Made by a program: the position numbers and the translations under genes
The notes under the pieces: generated by a model
The model's input: the letters and a program-made list of their open reading frames with translations, nothing else
Databases searched by the model: none
What the model was told of the DNA's origin: nothing
Assembly (NCBI GenBank): GCA_963724765.1
Contig: CAVRVY010000003.1
Coordinates: 1,504,001-1,568,000, forward strand
Direction of reading: 5' to 3'
DNA from: an uncultured delta proteobacterium
GTDB lineage: Bacteria > Desulfobacterota > Binatia > Binatales > Binataceae
Length of the DNA stretch: 64,000 nucleotides
In this document: piece by piece, positions 41,070 through 50,418 of the stretch
Layout of the letters: each line of letters starts with the position of its first letter
Position numbering within the stretch: the stretch's first letter is position 1

Positions 41070-41211
41070 TTAAGAACGCTCTGGCACTCTGCAGTTTAGA
41101 TAATAGGTGATCCTGACCAATAGTCGCGACGACTTCTCCGGTAAAGAGATAACTTAGGAGGCCTCTCGCTGCGCGCATTAGCGTACCGCACGCGTCGCGG
41201 GGAAAATAACC

Positions 41212-41889
41212 ATGGCTGAGCAGACGACTTACGGCCCGGTCGCGACGCATCTGCGGTTCGAAAACGAGCATGTGCGTGTGTGGGAAATGGATCTTGCCAC
41301 CGGCCAGATCTGCGAACTGCATCGGCATCCGCTCGACTACATTTTGTACATACTCGAAGGCGGCAGGATCGCGGTGGAGTCGCCTGGGATGACCTCGAAT
41401 CGCTTTCCCGGCCAAACCACGTATGAGCTGGAAGTCGGCGCGCGGACAATTTCATACGTCCCGGCGGGCGGCGCCGAAAGCGCTCGCAACGTCAGCGGCG
41501 CGGGCCGTTTTCGTGAAGCCTTGTTCGAGATTCGCCGGCCGCTCCCGCCCGGCATCGCCAACCCGAGCTTCGCCCTGACCGAAGCCGCCGCCGGCAGACC
41601 GCCGGAGCGGGGAGAGGTGATGCTGCTCGAGAACAGCCGCATCCGCGCGCTGGAAGTGACCCTCGCCCCCGGCGACAAAGCCGGGCCGCGAGCGCATCCG
41701 CGCGACACTGCCGTATTCGTGATCCAAGGGGGACGGGTGCGATGGCGCGAGGCGCGCGAAGGCACGGAGCGTTCTCAGGAAACCGAGCTCGCTTCGAGTA
41801 CTGTGCTCTGGCAACCCGGCGGATGCGAGCGCGAGCTGACCAACGTGGGCGCGCGCCTGTACCGCGAGCTGCGCGTCGAGTTGCGCTGA
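41212..41889 (+). CDS. Tandem cupin-domain protein
   Basis: Two repeats: FENEHVRVWE...LHRHPLDY and LENSRIRALE...AHPRD. Confidence 0.75.
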   Translation: MAEQTTYGPVATHLRFENEHVRVWEMDLATGQICELHRHPLDYILYILEGGRIAVESPGMTSNRFPGQTTYELEVGARTISYVPAGGAESARNVSGAGRFREALFEIRRPLPPGIANPSFALTEAAAGRPPERGEVMLLENSRIRALEVTLAPGDKAGPRAHPRDTAVFVIQGGRVRWREAREGTERSQETELASSTVLWQPGGCERELTNVGARLYRELRVELR

Positions 41890-42106
41890 GCCGCGTACAT
41901 AAGTGTCTTTCGTTATTCTCTCCCCTGTGTTTTGGGGGAGCAGGTCAGAAAGTGCTCAACCAGTGATTCGCGAAGTTTCGTGTGCGTAAAGCAATCGGGG
42001 GGGGTCGAGAGGTCTAAGGCCTCGCCTTGCGGCGCTTAATTCTCTGTATTACAGCGTGACTACTGGTCTCCGTTTTTCGATCTCCACTTTTTTGGAGCGA
42101 CACGAC

Positions 42107-43357
42107 ATGCATGACAAAGACAACGGGCACAACACGCGCAGTACAAATGACGGCGGTCTGCTCTCCGGACTTCGGGTGATCGACTGCGGAACCTACGTTG
42201 CCGGCCCAGCGGCCGCCACGATCATGTCCGACTTCGGCGCCGAGGTGATCAAAATCGAGCGCCCCGGTGGCGGCGACCTGTGGCGGCTTTTTTCGAAGCT
42301 CCCCGGCACGGCCAAGTCCGAACTCGATTGGTGCTGGGTCCTCACCAGCCGCAACAAGAAAAGTGTCGCGCTGGATCTGGGACGGCCCGAAGGACGCGAA
42401 GCGCTGCTTCGCCTGGTGGGCACGGCGGATGTCTTCCTCACCAACTACCAGAGAACGCTGCTCGAGAAATTCCACCTGACTTGGGAGGACCTTGCGCCTG
42501 TCAACGACCGGCTAGTCTACGCGCACCTGACCGGCTACGGTGACGCGGGCGACGACGCAGATGACCCGGCGTTCGACGCGCTGGCGTACTGGGCACGCTC
42601 GGGTCTGATGACGAGCGTGACGGGGATCGACGGTTCGCCCAGCGGACCTCGGCCGGGGATGGGCGATCATCCAACCTCGATGTCGCTGTTCGGGGCGATC
42701 ATGCTGGGCCTTTACCGGCGCGAGCGCACCGGGCGCGGATCCAGGGTTAGTACATCTTTGCTGGCGAGCGGGGCGTGGGCCAACGCGTGCGACATTCAGG
42801 CCAAGCTCTTGAACGCGAAATTTCCCGAGCGCGGCGAGGGCAAGCATCCACCCAACCCGCTCACGGCTGTGTACCTCAGCCACGACGGCAAGATGTTTCT
42901 CCTCGTGCTAATCGATCCGGACAACGAGTTTCCGCGCCTGTGCCAAGCTTTCGGCCAGCCTGAACTCGGCACGGGCGAGTTGTTTGGAAGCAACGCCGAC
43001 CGCGATCAAAACGCGGCGGCGCTGTATGCAATCCTGCAGTCGCAGTTCGAATCGCGCGACCTGGCGGAGTGGAAAACGATCTTCAAATGCAACGACATCA
43101 AATGGGCGCCGCTGCCCAGGCTCGACGACGTCGTGCAGGATCCCCAGATGCGCGCGGCCGAGGCGTTCGTGAAGATGGATTATCCCGGGGCCGGTGTGCT
43201 GGAGACGGTGAACAGCCCGCTTTTCGTCTCCGGCGTGGAAAAACGGAAGCCCACGGCGGCGGCGGAGGTCGGCGCGCACACGCGCGAGGTACTGCAGGAA
43301 CTCGGGTATAGCGCGGAGGCAATCGAATCGATAGTGCGCGATGGCGCTCGGCGCTAG
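42107..43357 (+). CDS. CaiB/BaiF family CoA-transferase
   Basis: LRVIDCGTYVAGP, FGAEVIKIE, RNKKSVALDL, GMGDH. Confidence 0.9.
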   Translation: MHDKDNGHNTRSTNDGGLLSGLRVIDCGTYVAGPAAATIMSDFGAEVIKIERPGGGDLWRLFSKLPGTAKSELDWCWVLTSRNKKSVALDLGRPEGREALLRLVGTADVFLTNYQRTLLEKFHLTWEDLAPVNDRLVYAHLTGYGDAGDDADDPAFDALAYWARSGLMTSVTGIDGSPSGPRPGMGDHPTSMSLFGAIMLGLYRRERTGRGSRVSTSLLASGAWANACDIQAKLLNAKFPERGEGKHPPNPLTAVYLSHDGKMFLLVLIDPDNEFPRLCQAFGQPELGTGELFGSNADRDQNAAALYAILQSQFESRDLAEWKTIFKCNDIKWAPLPRLDDVVQDPQMRAAEAFVKMDYPGAGVLETVNSPLFVSGVEKRKPTAAAEVGAHTREVLQELGYSAEAIESIVRDGARR

Positions 43358-43507
43358 GGCAAAATCGTCGCGGTGACGCCATTACCGCCGCGGACGATAG
43401 TGGGATAAGCTGGAAGGTAGGTTTCTCGGCAACTGAGGAACGTAAAGGCTAAGCGAAAGCACAGCGATTCCTTCGCACAAGATCGCTAAAGGAGCGGAAA
43501 AGATAAG

Positions 43508-44860
43508 ATGCATTTCATGTGGTTTACGGAACGGGCGTACCATTATGATCCTGAGGTCGACCCGGCCAAGTATCATGCGCTGGAGAATCAGATCGTTGGA
43601 CTGCGCAGCTTCTTCAACACCCCCAACCGTTTTTTCGAGCGCGAGCACGGAGCGAAACTGCTCAACCAATACCTCGACGAGAAGATTTACACGGACTCCG
43701 AGCTGATGAGCTTCGACGGCGTGATGCTCAACGAGCATCATGGCACGCCGTTTTGCCTCGGTGCCGTGATGGATGTCGAAGCTTCCATCCTCGCCAAGAC
43801 CACCAAGCGGCTGAAGATGGTCCTGCTCGGCAATCCCGTCGCCACCGTCGCCAATCCGCTGCGCCTGGCGGAAGAACTGGCGATGATCGATCTCATCTCG
43901 GGCGGACGCCTGGTCTCCGGATGGGTGCGCGGCGCCGGTTCCGAGCAGTTCGCCAACAACACCAACCCGGCGCTCAACCGCGAACTGTTCGAGGAAGGCG
44001 TCGATTTCATCGTCAAGGCGTGGACCACGCCGGGCCCATTTCGCTACGAGGGCAAGCACTACAACTTCCGCAACGTGAACCCCTGGGTGCTGCCGCTGCA
44101 ACGGCCGCATCCGCCGTTCTGGATCCCGGGCCTGGTGAGTCCCGACACCGCCTTTTGGTGCGCCCGCAAGCGCTATCCGTACGTCGCCCTGGCCACGAGG
44201 CTGCAGCCGACGCTGGAGCTCTGGGACTTCTATGCGAAGGCGGCTGCGCAGGAGGGTTATCAGGCGGGGCCGGAGAATTTCGGCTACTTGCAGCCGGTGG
44301 TGGTGGCCGATACGCAGGAGCGAGCGGAGGAACTGGGCAAACGGATTCTTTTCGGCGGCGCCTTTGCGCACTTTGCTCGGCCGGAATGGATGTTCCCTCC
44401 GGGATACAATTCCAAGGCCGCAACCAAGCGTCTGGCCGAGTCGAATTTCGGCGCCAACGCCGCGGCCAAGTCGCTTTACGGCGAGGGCGGCAACAACGAG
44501 TCCGAAGAACAGATCGAAGCCGTCAAGAAACACATCTATGACGGCTATCCGGACGTCCTGAAGGACTACGTAATGATCGCCGGCACGCCTGACAACGTGA
44601 TTCCCAAGCTCAATAAAGTGCTCGACGTCCTGCGCCCGGGCATCTTTTCGTTCTGGCTCGACGGACCGGTCCCGGCCAAGGACCGGATGCGATGCCTGGA
44701 ATTGCTCAACCGCGACGTGATTCCGGCCATGCGCGACTACGGCAAGACGATCGGATTGGTCGATCCATTCCAGCGCGCTCCGGGTTCGCGCCCGTTGCGT
44801 CCGGGGGTTGCACCAGAGCCGGTGAGCAATGCCGACGCGCTCGCGTCGATGACGGCCTGA
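43508..44860 (+). CDS. Luciferase-like (LLM) flavin-dependent oxidoreductase
   Basis: FDGVMLNEHH, PLRLAEELAMIDLISGGRL, PLQRPHPP. Confidence 0.9.
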   Translation: MHFMWFTERAYHYDPEVDPAKYHALENQIVGLRSFFNTPNRFFEREHGAKLLNQYLDEKIYTDSELMSFDGVMLNEHHGTPFCLGAVMDVEASILAKTTKRLKMVLLGNPVATVANPLRLAEELAMIDLISGGRLVSGWVRGAGSEQFANNTNPALNRELFEEGVDFIVKAWTTPGPFRYEGKHYNFRNVNPWVLPLQRPHPPFWIPGLVSPDTAFWCARKRYPYVALATRLQPTLELWDFYAKAAAQEGYQAGPENFGYLQPVVVADTQERAEELGKRILFGGAFAHFARPEWMFPPGYNSKAATKRLAESNFGANAAAKSLYGEGGNNESEEQIEAVKKHIYDGYPDVLKDYVMIAGTPDNVIPKLNKVLDVLRPGIFSFWLDGPVPAKDRMRCLELLNRDVIPAMRDYGKTIGLVDPFQRAPGSRPLRPGVAPEPVSNADALASMTA

Positions 44861-44992
44861 ACCGGAATTCGCGCAAAACCCTGGGCCGGACTGCCATCCG
44901 GCTCGGCCCAGGGTCCAACCCGTTCGCCCTGCGCTAGCTGCGTAACATCGCCCTCGCGCCTCAAAAAACCCTCGTTCTCCGAGGACTCCGCC

Positions 44993-45045
44993 TGTTGACC
45001 GCGGATGAAAATCGGTCTACACGGGCATAAGTGAAAGTAAACTTT
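44993..45045 (+). promoter_or_regulatory. Candidate promoter/operator of the CuMMO operon
   Basis: TTGACC-N17-TACACG overlapped by TGTTGACCG-N11-CGGTCTACA; AAAGT-AA-ACTTT at 45034-45045. Confidence 0.4.
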
Positions 45046-45061
45046 TCGGCGAGGTCTGCTT

Positions 45062-45862
45062 ATGAGCTCTTCGGAAGAGGTGGCGGCCGGGCGTGCTCCT
45101 ACTGACTGGCTCGTCGGCTGGAAAACTCTATTTGTCGCATGCGGCCTGCTAATGGCCTGCAACGTTTTCCTTTGGGTCTGGGATTACAACTACGCGTTTA
45201 CGGCGGGACTTGATTCCTCGAGCCGCGCCTTCACGCTTCACTACCGCACGCTGTTCTGGGGTGAGCTGCTGAGCGTGGGGGCATTTGCCGGCCTGTGGTA
45301 CGGATGGCTGATGCGGACCGGCCGCAGTCTCGTGGGCGAGGCGGTGGCGCCCGCCGAAGAGGTGCGGCGCGTTGTGGTGCTGTGGGGAATTATCGGAGTT
45401 ACCAGCCTCTCGATCTACATCGAGGCGAGCTTCTGGCCCAACTGGGACGGCGCGTGGCATCAGACGATGGTGCGCGATACCGCGCTCACCCCGACCCACA
45501 TTCCGATGTTCTACTTCTTCTTCCCGATGTCGGTGGTGCTGGCCCTGGGAGCGTACCTGTACGGGCGCTTTCGGATTCCCGCGGTCTACGGCGGCGAGAA
45601 GGGATTCCCGTGGTCTTTCTTTTTGTTGATCGCGGCCGCGGTTCTCGAATTCGTGGAGGTCGCCTTCAACGAATGGGGTCACAGTCTCTGGATGTCAGAG
45701 GAATTCTTCTCGGTGCCCTTCCATTGGCCTTTTGTCATTTATGGATGGCTGGCGGGTGGGATGTTCGCGGTGTGGGGCGAAACCATCCTCTATCTCTTCC
45801 AGATAGAAAAGAGGGCGCGAGCGGTGGAAGAACTCCCGACCCATACGGCTGCCGCCGGCTAA
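45062..45862 (+). CDS. pmoC: Copper membrane monooxygenase subunit C (PmoC/AmoC family)
   Basis: AGLDS, EEVRR, DGAWHQTMVRDT..TPTH (D129/H133/H146), NEWGH...EEFFSVPFH (N203/H207/H221). Confidence 0.93.
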   Translation: MSSSEEVAAGRAPTDWLVGWKTLFVACGLLMACNVFLWVWDYNYAFTAGLDSSSRAFTLHYRTLFWGELLSVGAFAGLWYGWLMRTGRSLVGEAVAPAEEVRRVVVLWGIIGVTSLSIYIEASFWPNWDGAWHQTMVRDTALTPTHIPMFYFFFPMSVVLALGAYLYGRFRIPAVYGGEKGFPWSFFLLIAAAVLEFVEVAFNEWGHSLWMSEEFFSVPFHWPFVIYGWLAGGMFAVWGETILYLFQIEKRARAVEELPTHTAAAG

Positions 45863-45911
45863 GCGGCGCAAACTGCTCTTCTCAAATCCTGGCGTCTCGC
45901 GCGAGGGAAGC

Positions 45912-46709
45912 ATGGCGACAGCACCATCGTTAGCCGCAGCCGCGGCGGCCGAGAAGCAACGCAGGCTCGCGCTGCGCGACCTGCTCAACGCGAAATATCA
46001 ATGGATCGATCGCACCTGGGACGCGGTCTTCTGGATCACGGCCATCTTCGTCGTTGCCGGGGCGGCGGACATCACGCGGCTGCTGTTCGCCGGCGATTGG
46101 GATTTCTGGACTGATTGGAAAGATCCGCAATGGTGGCCGGTGGTGACCGCCTTCGCCACCATCATCATTCCTTCCGCACTCCAATACATTCAGTGGGCCG
46201 CCTGGCGGTTCCCCACCGGCGCGACGTACACGTGCGTGTGCCTTTTCATGGCCTCGTGGATCGGGCGCTACTTCCAATGGCACGTGGCCGAAAGCTATCC
46301 AATGAACTTCATATGGCCGATATCGACGATTCCGGCGGCCATAATTCTTGACTGGCTATTGATGAGAACGAAAAGTTTCGTACTGACATCGCTTTTCGGC
46401 GGAGGGATTTGGGCCGTGATGGTGTGGAGCTTCAACTATATCCCGCTCGCGCCATTCCTTCAGCCGATGCAATTCATGCATCACATTCTCACGGTTGCCG
46501 ACGTCCAGGGCATCGTTTACATCCGCACCCAGACGCCCGAATACATGCGGCATATTGAACGCGGCGCGCTGCGCAGCTTTCTCGGCGAGACCCAGTACGT
46601 GTCGCTGCTGTTTGGCGGCACGATGGCGATGGTCGGTTATTGGATCGGCCAGTTCATCGGGCGATACCTCGCCGTGTGGCCGATTGGCAGATACATCAAG
46701 ACCGTCTGA
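45912..46709 (+). CDS. pmoA: Copper membrane monooxygenase subunit A (PmoA/AmoA family), divergent
   Basis: GDWDFWTDWKD, RFPTGAT, YPMNF, ADVQG, RTQTPEYMRHIERGALRSF. Confidence 0.93.
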   Translation: MATAPSLAAAAAAEKQRRLALRDLLNAKYQWIDRTWDAVFWITAIFVVAGAADITRLLFAGDWDFWTDWKDPQWWPVVTAFATIIIPSALQYIQWAAWRFPTGATYTCVCLFMASWIGRYFQWHVAESYPMNFIWPISTIPAAIILDWLLMRTKSFVLTSLFGGGIWAVMVWSFNYIPLAPFLQPMQFMHHILTVADVQGIVYIRTQTPEYMRHIERGALRSFLGETQYVSLLFGGTMAMVGYWIGQFIGRYLAVWPIGRYIKTV

Positions 46710-46728
46710 GCGAGGCGCGGGCACAGCG

Positions 46729-46965
46729 ATGCGAACCGTCTTTCGTTGCTTACGCGCCGTCGTGGTCGCGCTCCTGTGGACCAGCGTATTTGCCGCCAGC
46801 GCCTATGCGCATGGTGGAATCGCCGGGCCCGACGAGCTTGGCCCGCCGGTAATCACCTCGGCCGTGCTCGGCATCGGTGGCTACTGGTTGATGTTGCTGT
46901 GGCCGTCGCGCCGCCGTCCGGTGGTCAGCAAAAAAAACAAGCCGATGCGTAACGTGATGAAGTAG
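46729..46965 (+). CDS. 78-aa single-pass membrane protein between pmoA and pmoB
   Basis: ATG 19 nt after pmoA stop; signal peptide ending AYA, then HGG; TM VITSAVLGIGGYWLMLLW; basic tail. Confidence 0.72.
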   Translation: MRTVFRCLRAVVVALLWTSVFAASAYAHGGIAGPDELGPPVITSAVLGIGGYWLMLLWPSRRRPVVSKKNKPMRNVMK

Positions 46966-47007
46966 CGGACTTGCAGGCGGATTTTCCACGCCATACGGGG
47001 AGGCGGA

Positions 47008-48258
47008 ATGCGAATGCGATTTCCGGCTGTTCTGTCAGCGGCTCTCTTCCTGCTCACAGCATCCTATGCGCCACGCGCTTTCGCGCACGGCGAAGCGGCG
47101 GACGAGCCGTTCCTCAAGGATCTCACCGTCGCCTTCTATGACGTGCACATCTCGCCTACCACGATCAAAGTAGGTGAGCCGGTCACGATCACTGGAGCGG
47201 TGAAAATTCTCGAGACCTGGCCATATACGCTCGATCCGCCGCAAACCGCGTACATCACGCCGGTCGTTCCGGGCCCGGTCTTCGCGCTCATCAACCGGGA
47301 GATTAATGGGACCGCGGCGCCGGGCTCGATCCTGGTCGACAAGGGCGGCACTTATCATTTCAAAATGGTGATCGAGGGGCGCGACCCCGGAAACTGGCAC
47401 GTGCATCCGGGAATCGCTATACAGGGCACCGGGACTCTCATCGGCCCGGGCGAGTGGGTCACGGTTGAGCGGGGGGCCGCGCCCTTCAAAATGGACGTGA
47501 CGCTGCTCACTGGCCAAACCGTCAATCTGGAGCATTACGGCGGCAGTTTCGTATGGTGGTGGTCATTCGCCGGGTTCCTGATCGGCATGATCTGGATGAT
47601 CTATTGGACCGTTCCCAAACGTACCGTTACCCGTCTCGCGGTGACCACACAAATACCGGTCAACGACGACGCTCCCGACATCGGACTCATCACCCCGCGC
47701 GACCACATGTGGATGGACGTGCTCGCCGGTGCGACGATCGCGATGCTGGTCGTCGGCTGGATCTACATGGCAGTGAAGTTTCCCGTGCGGTTGCCGCAGC
47801 AGACGGTGCGCTTTGCGCCCGAGGTCATCGATTCCACCACTCATTCGGTCCAGGTGATGAAAGCCGATTCCACCTACGACGATCGGACCGATACGCTGTT
47901 GATAAACCTCGCGGTCAGGAATACCGGGACCGTTGCGTTAAGCCTGAAGCAATACATCATGGCGATGGCCACGTTCGTCAATGGCGACAAGAAAGAACAG
48001 GAAAAGGCCGGACCGGCGCACTACGTCGGGCGCATGCAGGTCGAGCCCGACGCTCCGATCGAGCCCGGACAGACCGCGAAGGTGCAATTGAAGATAAGTA
48101 GTCCGCTGTTCGATGAAGAGCGGCTCATCCCGCTGCACGACCCGCAGGAGCGTATCGCGGGGCTGCTGCGCTTTACCGGTCCGCAGGGTCACGAGGACCT
48201 GGTTACCCTGCATACCGATCTCGTGCCAACGGAGTTCCGCCCGCAGTATTTGCCTTAG
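47008..48258 (+). CDS. pmoB: Copper membrane monooxygenase subunit B (PmoB/AmoB family)
   Basis: Signal peptide AFA then HGE; FYD; PGPV; GNWHVH; GPGEW; two TMs; PIEPGQT; IAGLL. Confidence 0.93.
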   Translation: MRMRFPAVLSAALFLLTASYAPRAFAHGEAADEPFLKDLTVAFYDVHISPTTIKVGEPVTITGAVKILETWPYTLDPPQTAYITPVVPGPVFALINREINGTAAPGSILVDKGGTYHFKMVIEGRDPGNWHVHPGIAIQGTGTLIGPGEWVTVERGAAPFKMDVTLLTGQTVNLEHYGGSFVWWWSFAGFLIGMIWMIYWTVPKRTVTRLAVTTQIPVNDDAPDIGLITPRDHMWMDVLAGATIAMLVVGWIYMAVKFPVRLPQQTVRFAPEVIDSTTHSVQVMKADSTYDDRTDTLLINLAVRNTGTVALSLKQYIMAMATFVNGDKKEQEKAGPAHYVGRMQVEPDAPIEPGQTAKVQLKISSPLFDEERLIPLHDPQERIAGLLRFTGPQGHEDLVTLHTDLVPTEFRPQYLP

Positions 48259-48276
48259 TGCTGAACGAGGAGAGAC

Positions 48277-48822
48277 GTGAAGATCAAGCGACGCGAGTTC
48301 CTGCACAAGAGCGCGCTGGTGGTCGCCGGCGTATCGGCAGCGGCCGCTGGTGTTACGGTCACCGGCTTTGCCGCCGAATGGACTTCGAAATTAAAGACCC
48401 TGAATGCACACGAGGCTGAAACGCTGCTCAAGATGGCGCGGCAGATCTTCCCGCACGACCGCCTCGGCGATAGCTACTATATAAAAGTAGTTGATGACCT
48501 CGATGCGGAGGCGGCAAGCAAGCCCGCCACCGCCAGAATGATAAGCGCAGGAGTAGCTAATCTGGATCATTTGGCGAAAGGCGAATTTGCCGCCCAACCC
48601 GCCAGCGATCAAATCGCCGCGCTCAAGAAAATTCAGCATACGCCGTTTTTCGAGAAGGTCCGCAGCACCGAGCTGGTTTCGCTGTACAATAACGAGGACG
48701 TTTGGAAGGTCTTCGGCTACCAGGGCGCCTCCTACCGTTTCGGCGGTTACCTGCATCACGGCTTCAACGACCTGAATTGGCTGCCGGAACCACCCGAAGC
48801 GGCAAGCCCGAAACCGGGCTGA
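48277..48822 (+). CDS. Tat-signal small subunit (gluconate 2-dehydrogenase subunit 3-like)
   Basis: KRREFL twin-arginine motif; IFPHD; LYNNEDVWKVFGYQG; GGYLHHGFNDLNWL. Confidence 0.8.
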   Translation: MKIKRREFLHKSALVVAGVSAAAAGVTVTGFAAEWTSKLKTLNAHEAETLLKMARQIFPHDRLGDSYYIKVVDDLDAEAASKPATARMISAGVANLDHLAKGEFAAQPASDQIAALKKIQHTPFFEKVRSTELVSLYNNEDVWKVFGYQGASYRFGGYLHHGFNDLNWLPEPPEAASPKPG

Positions 48823-48837
48823 ACGGAGAGTTGCATC

Positions 48838-50406
48838 GTGGCTCGATTCGATTCGAATGACGATTCCGTCGTGGTAATCATCGGTTCGGGAGCGGGCGGA
48901 GGCACGCTGGCGAACGAGCTCTGTCACAAGGGCTTCAAGGTGGTGATGCTCGAGGCGGGGCAGCGTCAGTCGCCGCAGACCTTTCACAACGACGAGTGGT
49001 TCGCATTCAAGCAACTAGCCTGGCTCGATAAGCGCACCACCTCGGGGACCTGGCGGGTAGCGAAGGACTTCCCCAACCTGCCGGCCTGGACCTGCAAGAC
49101 GGTTGGTGGAACGACCGTGCACTGGGCGGGCGCGTCGTTGCGCTTTCAGGAGCACGAATTCAAGACCAAGACCACCTATTCAAGTGTCAGCGGTGCGAAC
49201 CTTCTCGACTGGCCGATAAGCCTCGCGGAATTGGCGCCTTACTACGCCAAGGCCGAGGATAAGATGGGCGTGACGCGGACTAATGATATTCCGGGACTCC
49301 CGGGGAATAACAATTTCAAGGTAATGTATAATGGTGCCACGCGTGTAGGGTATAAGACTGTGCACACCGGGCGCATGGCGATTAATAGCCGGCCCCGCGA
49401 CCGCCGTTCGTCCTGCTGGCAACTCGGATTTTGTTTCCAGGGCTGCAAGTCGGGAGCGAAGTGGTCAACTCTCTACACCGAAATTCCGAAGGCCGAGTCC
49501 ACTGGTAAGCTCGATTTGCGGCCCGGGTCCTACGCGCTCCAGATTCAGCATGACGCCAATGGCAAAGCGACCGGCGTGCTGTACGCCGATAAGGACGGCA
49601 AACATGTCGTGCAGAAGGCGCGCATCGTGTGCGTGGCCTGCAATTCGATCGAAAGCGCGCGGCTCCTGCTCAACTCGGCCTCGTCCACGTTCCCGCACGG
49701 GCTCGCCAATTCATCCGGCCAGGTCGGCAGAAACTACATGCGGCATACGACCGGCTCCGTCTACGCCATTTTCGACAAGCCGGTCCATATGTATCGTGGT
49801 ACCGTGATGGCCGGAATCATCACCGACGAAGCCGAGTTGAATACCAAGCGCGGGTTTGCCGGCGGTTTCGAGATGGAGACCATCTCGCTCGGACTGCCGT
49901 TCGCGGCCGCGTTCCTGGATCCGGGAGCCTGGGGACGCGACTATTCGAGCATGCTTGAGCAGTATCCCAACATGGCTGGGTTGTGGATCGTGGGCGAGGA
50001 CATGCCGCAGGCGACCAACGCCGTGACGCTCCATCCGACGGTAAAGGACCAGTGGGGTCTCCCGATTCCGAACGTGCACTACGACGATCATCCCAACGAC
50101 GTCGCCATGCGCAACTACGGATACAAGCAGGGCGCTGCGGTGTACAATGCCGTTGGGGCGATCAAGACCATCGCGGTCCCGCCGTATCCTTCGACGCATA
50201 ACCTGGGCACGTGCCGTATGAGCGAGCGCCCCGGCGACGGCGTCTGCAATAAGTGGGGCCAGACTCACGACGTGAAAAATCTGTTCATTTCCGACGGCAG
50301 CCAGTTCACGTCCAGTGGGGGCGAGAATCCCACGCTCACGATCGTCAGCCTGGCCATCAGGCAAGCCGATCGCATCGCCGCCGAGAGTGCGAAGCGGAAC
50401 CTCTAG
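48838..50406 (+). CDS. GMC family flavin oxidoreductase
   Basis: IIGSGAGGG, VGGTTVHW, CWQLGFCFQGC, GRNYMRH, HNLGTCRM, NPTLTI; no signal peptide. Confidence 0.93.
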   Translation: MARFDSNDDSVVVIIGSGAGGGTLANELCHKGFKVVMLEAGQRQSPQTFHNDEWFAFKQLAWLDKRTTSGTWRVAKDFPNLPAWTCKTVGGTTVHWAGASLRFQEHEFKTKTTYSSVSGANLLDWPISLAELAPYYAKAEDKMGVTRTNDIPGLPGNNNFKVMYNGATRVGYKTVHTGRMAINSRPRDRRSSCWQLGFCFQGCKSGAKWSTLYTEIPKAESTGKLDLRPGSYALQIQHDANGKATGVLYADKDGKHVVQKARIVCVACNSIESARLLLNSASSTFPHGLANSSGQVGRNYMRHTTGSVYAIFDKPVHMYRGTVMAGIITDEAELNTKRGFAGGFEMETISLGLPFAAAFLDPGAWGRDYSSMLEQYPNMAGLWIVGEDMPQATNAVTLHPTVKDQWGLPIPNVHYDDHPNDVAMRNYGYKQGAAVYNAVGAIKTIAVPPYPSTHNLGTCRMSERPGDGVCNKWGQTHDVKNLFISDGSQFTSSGGENPTLTIVSLAIRQADRIAAESAKRNL

Positions 50407-50418
50407 CGGAAGCTCCAG

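Noticed and set aside
46495-46728. 156-aa version of the pmoA-pmoB spacer ORF
   Set aside because: The first half overlaps pmoA out of frame; only the part from ATG 46729 looks protein-like.
45062-48258. Calling the organism a methanotroph or ammonia oxidiser
   Set aside because: Sequence is too divergent to assign a substrate; no MDH, hao or C1 genes in the window. The pmo symbols denote family only.
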